The translations under genes were made by a program, and so were the position numbers. A stretch of 37,139 nucleotides of DNA. Origin: a virus (lineage: Duplodnaviria > Caudoviricetes). How positions within the stretch are numbered: the stretch's first letter is position 1; each line of letters starts with the position of its first letter. The stretch lies in IMG/VR virus record IMGVR_UViG_3300025033_000039, positions 1 through 37,139 of that record, one strand, 5' to 3'. The notes under the pieces are model-generated. The model made no database searches, was not told where the DNA came from, and worked only from the letters and a program-made list of their open reading frames with translations. Shown here in pieces: positions 35,156 through 37,139 of the stretch.

Positions 35156-36304
35156 ATGGACGCCACAAAAATTAAAAATCTAAAAGACGGTGAGACTCTT
35201 TGGGACACGGACATAAAGGGCCTTCACGCACGCGGTTTCAAATCTGGACCTAGATACTATCTCTCGTATAAATCGCCCAATGGGCGCACACGTAGGCCGT
35301 CTCTGGGCCCTTGCAATGTGCTATCTTTAAAGCAAGCCCGCACTCTCGCCAAACAAATGCTCGCTGAAGTGTGCTTAGGCATCGACCCAAAAGAGAAGGA
35401 TCGAAAAGCCAAAGGCGAAAACCTCATTAAAGATCTATGGCCTGAAGTGTTTGAAGCCCATTACGCCAAAGATAGATTTCAAAAGTCCGGCTGGGCCAAA
35501 GAGGTTCAAGCCATCTTCAATAGAAATATCTGCCCCGCTTTCGGGACCCTCAAACCTGCGCAAGTCACTACTGCAGAAATCAGGGCGTGGCACGAATCGA
35601 TGCCCCCCACCACAGCCAATAGGGCTCTATCAGTTTTCTCAAAATTCTTTGACGTGTTGTTCTCACGGATTACACTTGAAGAAGGGAGAGCCAATCCTTG
35701 CGCGTATGTCAATGCTCACAAGGAAAGGCAAAGAGTTCGTTTCTTGTCCAGTTTCGAACTCGGCAAATTAGGCGCGATCCTGCAAAGGGAGGAAGCAAGC
35801 AATTCTAGGAATGTGGCGTTCTTATATCTACTTGCCCTCACAGGATCGCGCCCATCTGCCATCGCCAGGTCCACGTGGTCTGACGTAGAGATATTAGAAC
35901 ACGGCGGCCAAGAGATTGGTATCTTGCAGATCGATGGAAAAATGACAGAGTCGACCGGCCAAAAGGACACGATTATTCTCAATAGCTTTTTACTTAATTT
36001 TCTCAGGGGCCTACCTGCGAGAAAAGACGGATCTCTGACAGGCATTAAAAGAGTGTGCCCGGTATTCTGGGACAAGGTGCGTAAGGAAATTGGCAGTCCC
36101 GATCTTTGGGCTAGGGATCTTAGAAGGACTTTCGCTACAGTAGGGATGAGTCAAGGTGTTGGAGTTGATAATATTGGACGCATACTTAATCACACAAGTT
36201 ATCAGACCACGCTTAGATACGCGAAGCTTGATGAGCGTGTGAGGGTTAGTAGTTCTGCTTTGATTTCGGCTTCTGTGATGAGCCAAATGCGTGGTGCCGA
36301 ATAG
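35156..36304 (+). CDS. int: Tyrosine integrase with P4-type arm-binding domain
   Basis: LWD..IKGL...SLG...LSLKQAR..A...L.....GIDP arm domain; catalytic TGSR, RDLRR, LNH and RY. Confidence 0.92.
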   Translation: MDATKIKNLKDGETLWDTDIKGLHARGFKSGPRYYLSYKSPNGRTRRPSLGPCNVLSLKQARTLAKQMLAEVCLGIDPKEKDRKAKGENLIKDLWPEVFEAHYAKDRFQKSGWAKEVQAIFNRNICPAFGTLKPAQVTTAEIRAWHESMPPTTANRALSVFSKFFDVLFSRITLEEGRANPCAYVNAHKERQRVRFLSSFELGKLGAILQREEASNSRNVAFLYLLALTGSRPSAIARSTWSDVEILEHGGQEIGILQIDGKMTESTGQKDTIILNSFLLNFLRGLPARKDGSLTGIKRVCPVFWDKVRKEIGSPDLWARDLRRTFATVGMSQGVGVDNIGRILNHTSYQTTLRYAKLDERVRVSSSALISASVMSQMRGAE

Positions 36305-36628
36305 TTATCTACCATTTCTACAACGAGCCAAGTCCTTTTGAAGGCCTTCAATGTGGCGCCTAGTAGCTGCAAGGCTCTTTTTGATCTCACCAAAGCCCTC
36401 TGGAGTCGTAAAAACCATCTTATTGATGTCGTAAATAGTCTCTAGCTTGTAATAAAAGGGCTTAGCATCTCCCTTGCGAGTGCCGTCATCACGATAATCA
36501 TCTTTAAGATTGTAGCATTTACTGTGCTTAGCTGGTGCATTGGCAACACAAATAGGCGCATCCGGTCTAGTAACGCCACCACAAGCAGCTAGACTAAATA
36601 TCATCAAGAACAGAATCAGCCGCATCAT
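36305..36628 (-). CDS. Lipoprotein, putative o-spanin
   Basis: Signal peptide II MMRLILFLMIFSLAA-C, Pro/Cys-rich; last gene of the convergent cassette. Confidence 0.65.
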   Translation of the reverse strand: MMRLILFLMIFSLAACGGVTRPDAPICVANAPAKHSKCYNLKDDYRDDGTRKGDAKPFYYKLETIYDINKMVFTTPEGFGEIKKSLAATRRHIEGLQKDLARCRNGR

Positions 36629-36812
36629 CTATTTGCTCCCCTGTTTTAGCGTCAACAAGCTTCCCTGTAGACCTGTCTACTCTTTTGTTTGTCTCTTTCT
36701 TTTTGTAGAAACCATCAATCCAATCAGCAAGCTTATCCCAAATGCGATTGGCGAGCGGGAATAGCCATCTCTCAACTAACGCTAGTCCTAGATTAATTAG
36801 AAACTTTTCCAT
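36594..36812 (-). CDS. Putative i-spanin-like or other lysis-cassette protein
   Basis: Overlaps the lipoprotein gene by 35 bp; amphipathic N-terminus and charged tail; TM helix weak. Confidence 0.45.
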   Translation of the reverse strand: MEKFLINLGLALVERWLFPLANRIWDKLADWIDGFYKKKETNKRVDRSTGKLVDAKTGEQIDDAADSVLDDI

Positions 36813-36830
36813 ATTCCCGCCCCTCTTAGA

Positions 36831-37085
36831 TTACTCTGCGGCTGGCTTCCCGTCACCGTCGTCGTCTTTGCCATCAATGTGGTCTGCAAGCTTAAGAGCC
36901 TCTGCCTTCAAGATGGGTAGAAGTGCAACAATAAGATCATCGTACTTGTTATCAGACTTAGCTGCGCTCTCGCCAATCCAGTCAATAACGGCTTCGATAA
37001 CAATCTTTGCCGCGTCTTCAGCCAAATCGAGACCTTGGTCTTTTAAAATCTCAATGAGTCTGCTTAAATCATATGCTTTTTCCAT
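36831..37085 (-). CDS. Small acidic amphipathic protein of the putative lysis cassette
   Basis: SD AAGGAG at 37093-37098; first gene of the cassette within the window. Confidence 0.6.
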   Translation of the reverse strand: MEKAYDLSRLIEILKDQGLDLAEDAAKIVIEAVIDWIGESAAKSDNKYDDLIVALLPILKAEALKLADHIDGKDDDGDGKPAAE

Positions 37086-37122
37086 TTTATTTCTCCTTTA
37101 AGGCGCTATTGGCCTGTTACTT

Positions 37123-37128
37123 ATTATA
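37123..37128 (-). promoter_or_regulatory. -10 box upstream of the putative lysis cassette
   Basis: TATAAT; the -35 position falls beyond the window edge. Confidence 0.45.
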
Positions 37129-37139
37129 TACCACAAACA

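Noticed and set aside
29453-35604. Other TGGCACG hits (about 29453 and 35588) as sigma54 promoters
   Set aside because: Intragenic, and the GC is one base off the required -12 spacing
1-37139. Diversity-generating retroelement or retron, given the BPP-1-like layout
   Set aside because: No reverse transcriptase or TR/VR pair seen; the fibre tip is outside the window, so it cannot be excluded for the whole genome

Overview
Near-complete genome of a short-tailed (podovirus-type) dsDNA phage, probably temperate, with BPP-1/APSE-like organisation and no phage RNA polymerase in the window. The left arm (1-19455, minus strand) carries terS, terL, portal, scaffold, capsid, tail adaptor and nozzle, internal virion proteins and a tail fibre cut off at the edge. 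A divergent control region (19456-20108) holds a 16-bp tandem repeat, about 9 iteron-like boxes and a sigma54-type promoter. The right arm (20109-36304, plus strand) has small early genes, a mini-ArdC, an overprinted two-frame C5 methyltransferase, HNH, Cro-like and RuvC-like genes, SNF2 helicase, Cas4-like exonuclease, SSB, PolA, primase-helicase and a P4-type integrase, followed by a convergent putative lysis cassette. The most unusual signals are: (i) at least seven genes appear to start on leaderless or near-leaderless mRNAs; (ii) an initiator/elongator hybrid tRNA(CAU) lies downstream of an unrecognised structured RNA of about 150 nt; (iii) a second structured RNA displays an anti-SD and an anti-AUG. 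Together these may form a phage system that rewires translation initiation (hypothesis). All calls are by eye; no searches or folding programs were run.
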